A DNA stretch of 64,000 bases from Amphiscolops sp. MND2022 (taxonomy: Eukaryota). The first letter of the stretch is position 1, and each line of letters opens with the position of its first letter. The translations under genes and the position numbers were made by a program. Below the pieces are notes generated by a model, which saw nothing but the letters and a program-made list of their open reading frames with translations, was not told the DNA's origin and made no database searches. The stretch is from contig OZ076413.1 in the NCBI GenBank assembly GCA_964187785.1, positions 41,356,001-41,420,000 of the forward strand, in the 5' to 3' direction. Positions 24,217 to 35,901 of the stretch are shown one piece after another.

Positions 24217-24993
24217 GCTGGCACTAGTTATACGCATTCTACCAAACGAAATTTTTAAGCGTCACTCAATGTAGCATGAATAAGTGACTGATTTTATTCT
24301 GGCACTAGTTATGCATTCTACCAAACTAAATTTCCAAGCGTCATTTCATTCAATTTCTACATTGATACGCAGAAACTATCAACGGTTTGTTAAGCCATTG
24401 AGCACAACTTTCGTGAAAAGTGAAATGAATAAGTTATACGAAAAGTCAGGACAAGAAGTTAACATTAAGAATTTTAATGCAAATGTGTTGAATTTTCTTG
24501 TGTTGAGTTTTCTGGTAATCGAATTTTCAACAATACTTCGAATGGATCATGATAAAGTTATGCAGGGCTGAAGTTTTAATATGCAAGGAATTCAAGTTTA
24601 AAATTTCGAAAACTTGCAGGTATAATTTTATATTATTATACAAAAAAAAGTTTTTCCAGTTTACCGTCGAATTAGGCTGTGCAACTGCGATGCAATCAAA
24701 TCATTATTTTACATGGTGATTTTGAACTCAATTTAGGCCCCGTAAAATGAATAAACGAAGATTTCCAAAATGGACCGGAGTCAGATTACCAGTTAATTTG
24801 TTTACAAATCGGGAGACGAGTTTCTGATAACTTCTAAGACCCCTACTATTTTGTGAGGGCGACTCTCATAGGTAGAAGTAATAATGTATATAGAAACACA
24901 ACTGCACTTTAAAGGACCAATTTTGTTGTAACGCTTCGTAAAAGGAACTATCTGCTGTGCGAATTAGAAAACAATACTTTGAGAATAGCTTCG

Positions 24994-25485
24994 TTAAGCT
25001 TTGATCAAGTTTTGATCAAGTAAAAACATTGAGAAATTGGAAAAAATGAAAGTAAACCAAACAAGAGATAATTGTTTCATTGAGCTGTCAAATTTCTTGC
25101 CGAAGTAATTTGAGGGAGGACTGTTGAAATCCGTGGTTTTCATTGGATAGCCCCATACTGAAACCCAAGAGCACTGCACCGATGGATATGGCCTTTCATT
25201 TTGAGTCATCGATAGGAAGTAGACAAAAACGTGACTGGTTCCGATAAAATTGAATCATCCAAAATACCTGTAGATTGTTTTTCTAAGAAAACAAACACCA
25301 GTTTGATCGAATTGTTTATATATGCGTCTGTTTCTGTTTTTTTGGCTAGAATCGAGTCTTGATCATTCTCCACCTTGAGACAAAGGTATTCAAGAGACGT
25401 TATTCTCATGAACATTATTCCAGGAACACTTTTAGACGATACTCCACAGACGTTATTCGCACCATACTTTGAAAAGGTAGTTTCT
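24994..25485 (-). pseudogene. Candidate exon remnant of an unidentified protein with a hydrophobic C-terminus
   Basis: Abutting ORFs 25206-25415 and 24994-25209 join with one extra T in a T run; pyrimidine-rich AG acceptor candidates near 25486-25500. Confidence 0.25.
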
Positions 25486-26119
25486 TAGTTTAGATCTAGG
25501 GAAAAGGTAATTATTTTGAACCAGAGCTAGTTGGAACTAGTTAATCATGATTAACTAAAATTATAGATTACGTTACATTTTTTAACTTATAATGATAAGA
25601 ATTATTTCAAATAAATGATCACCATGACTGAGAAGTCCCTAAAAGTTTTCGTGGAATTGAAAGGCAAAAGTAGTAGCTTTCAAGTATTTGGAGAATACGC
25701 GACTCACCGAAGACAGACAGGTGTTTTCAACATCACAATTTATAATGGCAACGAACTGATAACGACTCTATGCCTTAATTCAATGATGGTGCTACATGCT
25801 ATGGTTGGAACAGGCGCTATATCTACTCTTGAAACATCTGTACTTTGGATAATAGTAAATTGGCCCAGTAGTCATTGCTTTCATTATGAAACCAAAAGTT
25901 AAATGCGGGCTAACCTTATGGACAAACACGGTTCCTCCCCCGTTTTACGTGGGGCGTGAACATGACCTAAATGTACCATGGGACATGTACGTCAAAAATG
26001 AAATTTGCATATACCCAATAAAAACATGTAATGGCATGTGTATGTTACACATGTAGATTTCATACTGCGATCTCAACACATTGGACTAGAAGTTCCACTT
26101 GTCTTCCCATGTAGTCATC

Positions 26120-26212
26120 TGATACATTGAACCTGGTTATGTAATACAAGACGGCCGCTAAGCACCGAGATACTTTCCGCCCTGTTCGCCTTCACCAACT
26201 GAGCCGTAGCTA
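26120..26212 (-). mobile_element. Possible tRNA-derived SINE head remnant
   Basis: A-box-like GGCTCAGTTGG and B-box-like GGTTCAA on the minus strand; no cloverleaf. Confidence 0.3.
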
Positions 26213-26224
26213 TTTTGGGAGGGG

Positions 26225-26363
26225 GGAATAGGATCTAAAAAATAAGATCAAAATTTAGTGATTTTAGATCTTATTCCTTTTAGATCTTATTCCCGCCCTG
26301 GAATTTTAGATCTTATTCCCTTTAGATCTTATTCCCTTTTTTGACTTTAGATATTATTCCCGC
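26225..26363. repeat. Cluster of TAGATCTTATTCCC motifs (MITE subterminal-type repeats)
   Basis: About five direct copies plus inverted GAATA(A/G)GATCTA copies; similar motif near 19926-19960. Confidence 0.6.
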
Positions 26364-26699
26364 TGTATGCTATTTTAGTTACTTGACTATTTTAGTTACT
26401 AATAGCTATATAAAACAGTCAAGTAATCAAAAGGTGGAGATTGTGGAGATTTGGCAAAATTTGGAAAAAAACGCGTCACAGATCATGATTTTCCTTCCCC
26501 GTTTATAAAATGTGGGGTCGGAAAATAAAAAAGATTAGTGAGGTGCTATCTTTAGCTAAATGACGTAGCTCAGGATGCTATTTAAAGATCAAAGGAGCTC
26601 AAAATAGTACCATGACCAATTGAAATCTGCGTGTCAGGACGCCATGTTTCGTGAGAACAACTCTTTTCAACTTATATTTCGTGAGAATTTTATAGAAAG

Positions 26700-27135
26700 A
26701 TAGTTCGAGAATGTGGTTAATAACTAGGTAGACCATGAGGGTTCTATGACACTTCCTACACACAGCGAAAATTCATAACAGGAAAATGAAATCAGGAACA
26801 GAAACGAAGAGACCAGACATGATAGGTTATTAAAATCATTGGAAATACTTTCAGCAGATCTGAAGCTCAGGTTATCTCAAAAGATGGACTCACTCATGAC
26901 TGTTCTGCAAACGCAGGAAAATAGTTTTTTTGCCATCAATGAAAAAGTGATTCCTGAAATTAAGAGTATTGTAGGAAGTTTGTCTTTGAGAGAAAACACA
27001 GTTTTGGTACAGACACGTTCACTTGTCGTCATGATCTCTGCGATCGGCTCGATGGTTCTCAAACAAGCTTAACAAAGAAGGACTCTAGATCTGCTTTCGA
27101 TATTAGAGAAGATACAGATCAGGGTTAATACACCT
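26700..27135 (+). pseudogene. Degenerate protein-like fragment, possibly a retroelement gag remnant
   Basis: Helical segment LKLRLSQKMDSLM...INEKVIPEIKSIVGSL in ORF 26839-27072; no catalytic motif. Confidence 0.25.
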
Positions 27136-29854
27136 ACATTTTTGTATGTCTATTGTCATTTTTGCAGTTTCCATTTGGTTTTCATTGCACCTGATTTTTG
27201 GTTGCATTGTTAGACCTGGCTGCTTCTGAGTTAGACAGCGGAGACTAGAAATACGACTTTTGTGTGTTTTTGTCACATTCTCTTCTTGAATATCAAGTAT
27301 GTTCTAACAATCATGTTGGAATTTCTATAATATTTTTTATTCTTCATGGGGTTTTTCAGTGCACCTGCTCGTTATTAGCGCTTTACCAGTCGGGTGTTTG
27401 AAAAATGGACAGTGGAGACCTAAAGAAATGGTTTTCGGAGACCATTACATTTTTTGGACCAATCTGTAAATTGTTGAACACTCATTCTCGGTCTCTGATC
27501 TATGCTTTGCATTGTGTTAGAATTACGTGTTTCTGTTTTTCGAAAAATTTGATGTTTTCAATTTTACCTGAGTTTTTTCAGATATGATTTCAACAAAGAT
27601 AAACAAACATATTTTTGCATCAGAGCTAGCAGTTCATCTCATTATTGCTTTATAGCGTTTTCGAATAATGGGCCGTAGCGACATTCCATCAAAAAATTTT
27701 CAGCTGCATGACTTTTCGTCAAAACGGATTGCTCGCATTTTCCAAGCTACTTAGTAGTTTTACTATCTATGAATGGTCCCTGGACAAAATAGCCTGCATG
27801 CATAAATGCAGCATGGAAATTTTCCCGGCAAGTTAAAATAGGGTACTCATCACTATCCATTTTCTTATCATTGAAACAGAAGAAAAAATGGAGCAGCTGT
27901 CAGTAGAAGCGTTTTCTCAGGTGTGGAATCTGGAGAGGAAGTTTTGTTATTCCAAGCCTGAGCCTTATCGGACACTATTTCTTAATAACAAGGGAAACAT
28001 AATACAAGCAAGTGCAGTGGTAATCTTGAAGCTCTGATTTCAAAAATGCTCGCTAAAGGTTCAAAAGGTCATACTGTTTGTTCGTTGTTGCTTTTTTCTT
28101 GCTTTTCTCCGCGAAATGTGTTTTTTAGCCATGACCGCGGAACTAAGGTCGACACACTTGCTCGAGGGCCTCCAATTGTGACTTGAGAGAGATTCCGACC
28201 TGTTACCTCACACTGAATGCTCTGACCACTACATCATGCTCACTTAGCCACTAAGCCATTCTCGATGGATACAAACAAAAAAGTGTGCCTTAAAATTATC
28301 CTGGAGAATTCAAAGTTAACTTGGTAGGTTTGACATGGATGTCCTGCTGTTTGTCGATTCAATTCCTCTTTCTAAGAGGAACTGCTAAAATAAAGAAGCA
28401 TCCTGTTTTTAACAATTTTGTCCACGGAAAAAGACTTTAGTGATCCCGAGAAGTCAGGAAAACTGCGTAATAAAATCACTTGAGACTCGATGTTAAAAAG
28501 TGAAATGCTGAAAACCTATTGACATTGGAAATATACAAAGTACGCAACAATACTACGGTAATTGACAACTGTCACACAATTCATTCCATTTGGTAAACTT
28601 TCGAAGATCTTTGGCTGAGATATAAACTAAAACTATAAGGTGATTTGAAAAACTATAAGGCAAAATTTTATTGATAACTATTGAAAGTTGGTGTTTCGTT
28701 GTTTCAAGACTTCCCTCAAGCAGACTAATGAATGGATGGACGTCTCTTTGCTTAGTTTTATTAATTACAAGTCATATTTTTAATCTGCAGTTTCCCTTTT
28801 CCGTCTTTAATTTACGTATGGAAAATTACTTAGTCACCGCAAACCAAAAAGGGCATTTTCAATTTTTCGAACTTTTTGTGCAAGTTCGTCCGTAATGTAT
28901 CGGCCACGCTCGAGCCCTAAAAATTTGTAGTTCCCCTGTAACTAAAGATAATATCACGGTGCTAGCGGGTGTTTTGTTGGAGTAAAAAGTGCCTCACATA
29001 AAAACAGATTATTTCTCCAGTCTACAGTTCCACTCTGAATAGTCAGTAGTTGAATTCAATTCTTATTACCATTATTATTTGGGAAATATAACAAATCATG
29101 CGTTGTATATTTCACAAACCTTGGATTGCCATTCAAGCTTGAATCCTTACAAAGGCAAGAACCCCCTAGGGCAGCACGGAAAAGCGGGTTGCTAAAATGT
29201 CATCTTTGGAGACAGCATGAATATATGCTTTTGTGGTCGGGTCTGGCATTTCTCAGGATGACACCCATTTCATGTGGGTAATATAGTTATAACAGAAATG
29301 GATGAAAGGGCACAAGCCGCGGAACCACTGGAGCGTTTGATTACCTAGACGCAACCGGAGTAACCAGATACATGTAATAGCGAAATCTAATTAAAATAAA
29401 CATGTAACGTCCAGTAAGAGGATCACAATCTAGAGCTGGGACGATGCTTCGGTTGCCTAGACAGGAGACCATAGTGCTACAGAAACGTGAACACCTGTTT
29501 TTAACCCAAAAATTGGTCTCCTGGGGGAATTTTCATACGTCGAGGCGACTTCTAATTTTAGAGATCCGAGGCGACAAGCTGGCTCACTCCAAGTTCAGAC
29601 GTCACTCAAGTACGTAAAAACGTATTTTTAGGATACCTGAGCCTTCGTATATACTTCCGAGGTTCAAAACCGCAATTAGCTGAATACATTTTATTGACTA
29701 AATTAGGTAACAACATAAGATCTAACAGATCAAACATTTGCAAATACCTGATATAATGAGTTATATTCAACGATTTCAGCAACAAACATGGAATCAAAGC
29801 CTTACCGATAATTCGACCAGCGAAACAATTCATACACAGTATAAAAATATAAAG

Positions 29855-30045
29855 TGTTGTAACTCTCTTCTATAACTATGAGTAGCATGTACAATTCAAA
29901 CTTTATTCTATCTTGTTCTAAGACTTTATGATAGTTCATCATCTGCATACAATAGGCAGGTACTTGATAAAAAGAACAACAGTATGTAATCATATAAATA
30001 CAGACTAATTAGCATGTATGTAAAGAGTCTGAGTCTTCTACTACA
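29855..30045 (-). repeat. 3' LTR of Gypsy element 2
   Basis: Direct repeat of 35711-35901; preceded on the minus strand by PPT AAGGGGGGAA (30046-30055). Confidence 0.96.
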
Positions 30046-33000
30046 TTCCCCCCTTCACTATTGGCTGTCGACTGGCCAATGGGGTTTTGTGTAGCTTCTG
30101 TATGGCGGTGATTCCTCCAATGGTCCATATGTTTGTGGACGGATAACCGATCCTCGCATTGGCTTTTGTCACAGTGTTCTTTTAACCGTGACGTCTGTTT
30201 GTTGTCTGCTGTTGGGTTTAGTTCTGGTTGCTTGTTTCCATATCTGTTTGGGTTTGGCCCGGTGTTTCTTCCGAGTTCAGCCTTTCTACGGTGGTTCCTG
30301 TAATCATGACATATTGGGTTATTATATCTGATAATTGGGTTTGTTTTTGGTAGTCTTTTCGATCTGCGTACTTTTTTTTCTTCGCGTTTAACATCTGTTT
30401 CTAGTTCAGTACTTGAGCTCAGGTTGTTGGCAAAATCTATATCAAGGCTATTCTCTTCCCCCTCGTTAGGGAATATGTTATTATTATTAAACGCCTTACC
30501 GTTTTCGTCTCTAATAAAAAGTTCTTCGTTGGCTTGTTTCGCGTCGCTGATGGCACGGTTGATTTCCGTGTCCGTCATGTTGGTAGTTATGGTGAGCGGG
30601 CCGATGTCTTTGTTTGTGCCCCCCGGTGTGCTGTGTGGTGAGCTTGACTCCGACCGTTCTCGTTTCTGAACTGGTCTGCCTCGGCCGAATGTACCCTTTT
30701 TGACCGTAGTGTTGTCTGTTTGGTCCGGCGTTGGCTCTGACTCGTTGTCTGACTCCAGTATATATGTCCTTCTTGTTTTGGGTGGTGACTTCGTGAACCG
30801 GCCATCTGGTCCTCTCGGCCCGGTTCCTCTGTTGTTGTTGCAGTCCTGGTTAAAATTATTAGGTGGTTTACTAATACATTTTTTATGTATTATTCTTCCA
30901 TTCGGTGTTGTCACCGTGTGTTTTGTTCCGGACACGGCTATATTCGGTTTATCCATGTAGGTACTTTCGAATTTTGATTTTTGATGTTTTTTTTCTAAGA
31001 AAAGGAATGGGTAGTTACTAACTCCTTTATCGTTTTTCTTCGGCTTCATTGGTAGCTGGTCGGACACACCGCCGGCTCCACTGAATGAGTATACCTGTAA
31101 GGTATCTGGTTTTGCTGAAATGGAATTTTCCGTTAGTTTCTTCAAACTATCTAAGTTTAGTAGGTTACTAACTTCCGTGTTTGGGCTTCGACCGTAGTGT
31201 AATTCGAAAGCTGATTTTTTCAGTCTCGTGTGTGGTGTTTTACGCATTATTTCTAGAGCTATATCTAAGGCTTTTCCAAAACGTTCTCCGGCTTTTAAGT
31301 TTGTTAAGAGATTTTCTTTGAGTGTTCTGACTCCTCTCTCTACAAGGCCTGTTGGGGTATGAATATACGGTGTGCCGTATATTAGTTTGATGTAATGTTT
31401 TTTACAAAAATCGCGGAAGAGACGTCCTGTGAAAGCGGTTGCTTTATCCGTTCTGATCGTTTTCGGTATTCCATTTAATGGATATACTGTTCGATAAATT
31501 TTACCGCCGTTTCTCCGTCCGTATTTTTGCAAAAACTGGCTGCCGGCCATTTACTAAATCGGTCTATGGATAGTAATATATAAAACCGGCGGTTATTTTC
31601 TGTAAACGGGCCAATGAAATCCAGTTGAATTTCCTCGTTCGGATTGCTTACCGGTGGTAGATTGTTTTTCTCCGTATACGGTATGTTAGGTTTAATGCTC
31701 TTACCGGACATTTTGCATGGTATGCAGGAGTCGCACTTTTTCTGAATGGCTTCGGTTATCCGTGGCCACCAGAAATGTCGGGCTGCTAGGGTCATCTTGT
31801 TGATGGCCGGGTGTCCTTTGTGTAGCAGGCTTATAACCGTGGTGCGTAGATTCTTTGGGACTTCGATTTTGTCTTCCATGAATACGAGGCCGAATCTGCT
31901 TGACAATTTCTTTTTGACTGGTAGATATTCTTCGGGTATCAGCTCATGTTGTTGTCTTTCCAGACATACTAGTGTTTTCAGTAGGCTGGCGTCGTTCGTC
32001 GTCTCTGTCATAAGCAGCTGTAGATCGGTAGAAAAATTTTTCTCCGTTTCTCGCACTGCTTGTTCCAAATCCCAGTTGTTTTGTTCTTCGGCGGTTATTT
32101 TTGGAGCGTGTCCCATCTTCACGTATTGGACGCTCTTTACTCCGACATAGCGTGCCCAGTTTATTGCCGGTACTTCTAAGATTGATGGGTCTTGATCGGT
32201 GTCGGTTTCTATTTCGCCTTCCTCCATTGGTGTTGTCTGGATGTAAGTTTGTTGGGATGGTCCGGGTCTGTCGTGTTGGACTGGGGTGGGACGGTCCAAG
32301 TCCCAGTATGGATCAACCGTCCATTGTTCGCTGTGTCTGGTGGGTGGTATAAAGCCTCCCGTCTGTTTGGGGCTAATTCTTTGTCTAAGATCTGCCGTTC
32401 CGTGGTTTTTCATAATTTGTTGCAGTCTTTCTTCTATCACCTTTCTTTCATTACGTAAGAATTTTGGTTCGTGATAGCGCTTCCATTTTCCCCCGGTTAA
32501 TCGATAAATCCCGGGTTTAACGATTTCTCGCCAGCGGTTTGTCAATTCAATTGTTTCCGCGGTTGGATTTGCTGCTTCAATCTCGTTTATTGTATTTGCG
32601 TCCATTGTCAATTTGATGCTTTGGCAGTGTTTTTGTTTGAAGCGTGTTAACGTATCGGTGTTAAGGCAATCAATGGCAGTTCGTCTATGTGTGTCGCCGG
32701 TCCGTGGTTTGTTGTTTGCTTTGCGTTCACTTTTCTCCGTTCTGTTTTCTGATTGGTCAGTTTGGTTGCTAAGGCAACCATATTTGGAGATAAAGTTGTA
32801 GTGCGGTAATATGTTGTTAATTACGTATTCTTCATCGTATGCGTCATCTGTTTGCGGTGGTAGTATCGGATTTCTACTGAGATAATCCGTAAGTGCTAAA
32901 TGTTTACCGGCTATATGGTGTACGTTAATGTTGAAATGTGCTAATCGGTCCAGCCATCGTGTTAAGCGTGCGCTGTATGTTTTATTGGACCGGTTCCGTT

Positions 33001-35647
33001 TGATTAATGGTTCTAGTGCCTGGTGATCGGTTAAAAGTTTGATCGGTTTTCCGTAAATGTATAAGCGGAAATGTTCTAAACCCCATACTACCGCCAATAA
33101 TTCAAGTTCATTTATTGCGTATTTCTTTTCGGTGTCTGAAAGGAAACGACTGGCGAAACCGATCGGTTTTAGTTTCCCGTCCGGTTGTTCTTGCCATAGG
33201 GTAGCTCCCAAGCCTTTTGTGCTTGCGTCCGTTGTTATCACATTTGGGTAATCTGAGTTGTAGTGAGCCAAACACGGTATCTCCGTGATTTTTTGTTTTA
33301 AATTTTCAAATGCTTGTGTGTGTTCTTCCGTCCATATCCATTCGTTCTTTTTTTTCAATAACTGTCTCAAGCTGTCGGTTTGGGCGGAGAGGTTGTCGAT
33401 ATATTTTGACAAGTATTGAATGGCTCCCAGGAATGATTTTAGTTCTTTTCATTTTTTGGTTGTTTTAGTTCTTTTATGGCTAGCAACATGTCTTGGAGTG
33501 GTCGGATACCGGCCTGGTCAATTTTGTGGCCTATCCATTCAATTTCCGTTTTGAAAAATTCGGACTTGTTTTCACTTAAGCGGTATCCTGCTTTTTCTAG
33601 TCTGGTTAGGACGTCAATCAATTCTTTTTTGTGTTCTTCTTTTGACCCTTTGGTTACGACGATGATGTCATCTAACCAAGCTGGATGTTTGTTATCCAGT
33701 GTTTGGTCAATCTTTTCCTGAAAGACCGTTGGTATATCCGCTAGACCGTAAAAGCCCTTTAGGAAGCGGTAGTAACCGGTAAAATTTCCCCCGGTTACGG
33801 CAAATATACATAAGTTTCTAGCTTCTCTTGATAGCAGTAGTTGTCCGTATGCGTAATCTAAATCGAATTTTGAGATCCATATCTCATCTGCTGGGCCATC
33901 TGCTATTTTTCTTGATATCCGTGAAATCAATTCCTCCATGTTAGGCATTTGTGCCTTTCTTTTCACGGTTATTTCATTCAATTTTCGCGAATCTAGAGCA
34001 ATTTTTATTGACTTGTCTTTCTTTACCGTGATCACAGCTGGACTTACGAAGCAGTTTTCGTCGATATTGTTGGCTTTTTCGATATGTCCTTGTTTTATTA
34101 ATTTTTCTATTTCCTTCCCCACCGGTTGTTGGAGGTGAATCGGTATTGGTCTTCCTTTCTGTTGTATCAGTTTCGCGTCTTCTTTTAGTTGTATCTTTAC
34201 TTCCAGTCCATTTACTGTATGGTTTTCGGTGAAAAGTTTCTTGAATTTCGTTTTCAATGATGTTATGTCTGGGTCTTCTTTTATTTGTTGTATTTGTGGG
34301 GCGGTTTTGTCCGTCTCCAGCGTTATTCCCAGCTTTTTCATCCAGTCTAGCCCCAGTAATGGGTTGGTTCTTTTAGTGGTCACTAATATTTCGAGTTCTC
34401 TTTGTATTCCGTCGATTTCCACTTTGGCTATCGTTTTTCCTTCGAATTGTATCCGGTTGTCATTTACATCCCTGTACTCCGTTTTTAGTGGGTGTAATTT
34501 TGTGATGTTGTTGAATAGTGACTTTGGTATTATTGTTACCGGTGATCCGCTGTCAATGATAAATTTGATTGGTCGGTTATTGACCAGTGCGGTGATTGTG
34601 AAGAAGTCCGGTCCGTTGCTGTTTATTGATCGTGTTGAATGGATCTTTTGTTTCACTGAATGGATTGTGTTCGGTGTCCAATCGTCTTCCTTCGCGCTAC
34701 TTGTCTCTTCCTCCATTATATGGTTCACTCTTTTATTTGTGCGGCAACATTTGGCGAAGTGGCCTATTTTTCCGCATTTTGCACACTTCTTTCCTCGGGC
34801 TGGGCATTCGTGTTGTCTTGACCAGTTTGGTGCTCCGCAACGGTTGCAATCGACTTTTTTGAATTTTGTCGGTTTTTCCGGTTCTTTTGTTGGTTTTATT
34901 TTACGTTTATTCAAGTAGCGTATTTTCTTCTCTTCTTCTGTTTCGGGTGAGTCGTTTAATTTGTCGTAAGTGTATTCTAGTATCGCGTCAGTTATTGCTT
35001 CTACCGACATGTCGCTTTTTCTGATTTTTTTTCTTTAGGTCGTAGTCTCCGGTTGATTTTCCGATGACTGACAAAAATTTTGATGCTAGAAGTTCTGCCG
35101 CGGTTATTTCAAATTCGCAGTTTTTTTCAATTTCTAGTATTCGTTTCCACACGTCTGCTGCGGATTCACCGTCTTCTCGTTTTAGGTCGAAGAAATCGGC
35201 TCTACTATGTTGTACGTTCCTTTCCGGTGTGAAGTGTAGTCGGAAAAGTGTGTAAAGTTTATACAATGGTAGTGAGCTCGGTTCTCTTTCTCTGATTGTT
35301 TTTGTCATTTCCGTGATAGCATTTTGTCCAATTGCCCAGATGAAAATGTCTTTAATTTCCGTTTCGAGTTGGTCACGGTATTGTGTCAGTATCTCTTTGT
35401 TGTTTGTCATGGTTGATAGGTCTATTTCTTTCGTCATTTTTATGTATTGGACAAATTTTCTCCACCACAAGTTTGCACTGGTGTGATCGTATTTCTCCAA
35501 TGTTGGAATGGTCAATTTCTGAGTGCAGGTCCGGTCAGCCGTCCTGTTCATTGTATCGTTCGGCAGTGTTTGGTTGTTTTGCCGTGTACCCGATGAAGAC
35601 AGTGTGTTGTTTCCATCTCTTGGGTTTTCTTCCGTGTTTTCATCCAT
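30009..35647 (-). pseudogene. gag-pol polyprotein split by three 1-bp indels (ORFs 34988-35647, 33439-35010, 31475-33412, 30009-31550)
   Basis: Gag knuckle CAKCGKIGHFAKCC, IDSGS protease, WLDD RT, TDAS/ELELLA/TDHQAL RNase H, HKGH..CIPC and DFIGP/TDKA/ERGV integrase; no stop codons once the indels are corrected. Confidence 0.9.
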
Positions 35648-35697
35648 ATCTTCTTTCTGGATGTTTTGTTTTTGTGTTATTCAGCTTTTTGTTCTAA

Positions 35698-35710
35698 GCT
35701 GACTGCGCCA
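35698..35710 (-). promoter_or_regulatory. Primer-binding site, tRNA-Ser-like
   Basis: TGGCGCAGTCAGC abuts the 5' LTR; complementary to a ...GACTGCGCCA tRNA 3' end. Confidence 0.7.
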
Positions 35711-35901
35711 TGTTGTAACTCTCTTCTATAACTATGAGTAGCATGTACAATTCAAACTTTATTCTATCTTGTTCTAAGACTTTATGATAGTTCATCATCT
35801 GCATACAATAGGCAGGTACTTGATAAAAAGAACAACAGTATGTAATCATATAAATACAGACTAATTAGCATGTATGTAAAGAATCTGAGTCTTCTACTAC
35901 A
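35711..35901 (-). repeat. 5' LTR of Gypsy element 2
   Basis: TGTAGTAG...TTACAACA on the minus strand, with AATAAA. Confidence 0.96.

Larger units (their letters stand above)
29855..35901 (-). mobile_element. Full-length Ty3/Gypsy LTR retrotransposon (element 2)
   Basis: 191-bp LTRs (29855-30045, 35711-35901) with one mismatch; TG..CA ends; 5-bp TSD TAAAG (29850-29854, 35902-35906); PBS and PPT present. Confidence 0.96.

Noticed and set aside
30009..31550. Separate env-like third ORF
   Set aside because: It is the frameshifted integrase core plus tail; no signal peptide or transmembrane segment
34229..34918. 229-aa plus-strand ORF and other antisense ORFs over the gag-pol genes
   Set aside because: Shadow frames of the retroelement coding strand, with no independent motifs
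35025..35032. Possible programmed gag-pol frameshift at the A8 run
   Set aside because: It falls inside gag upstream of the zinc knuckles and needs removal of one base; better explained as an indel
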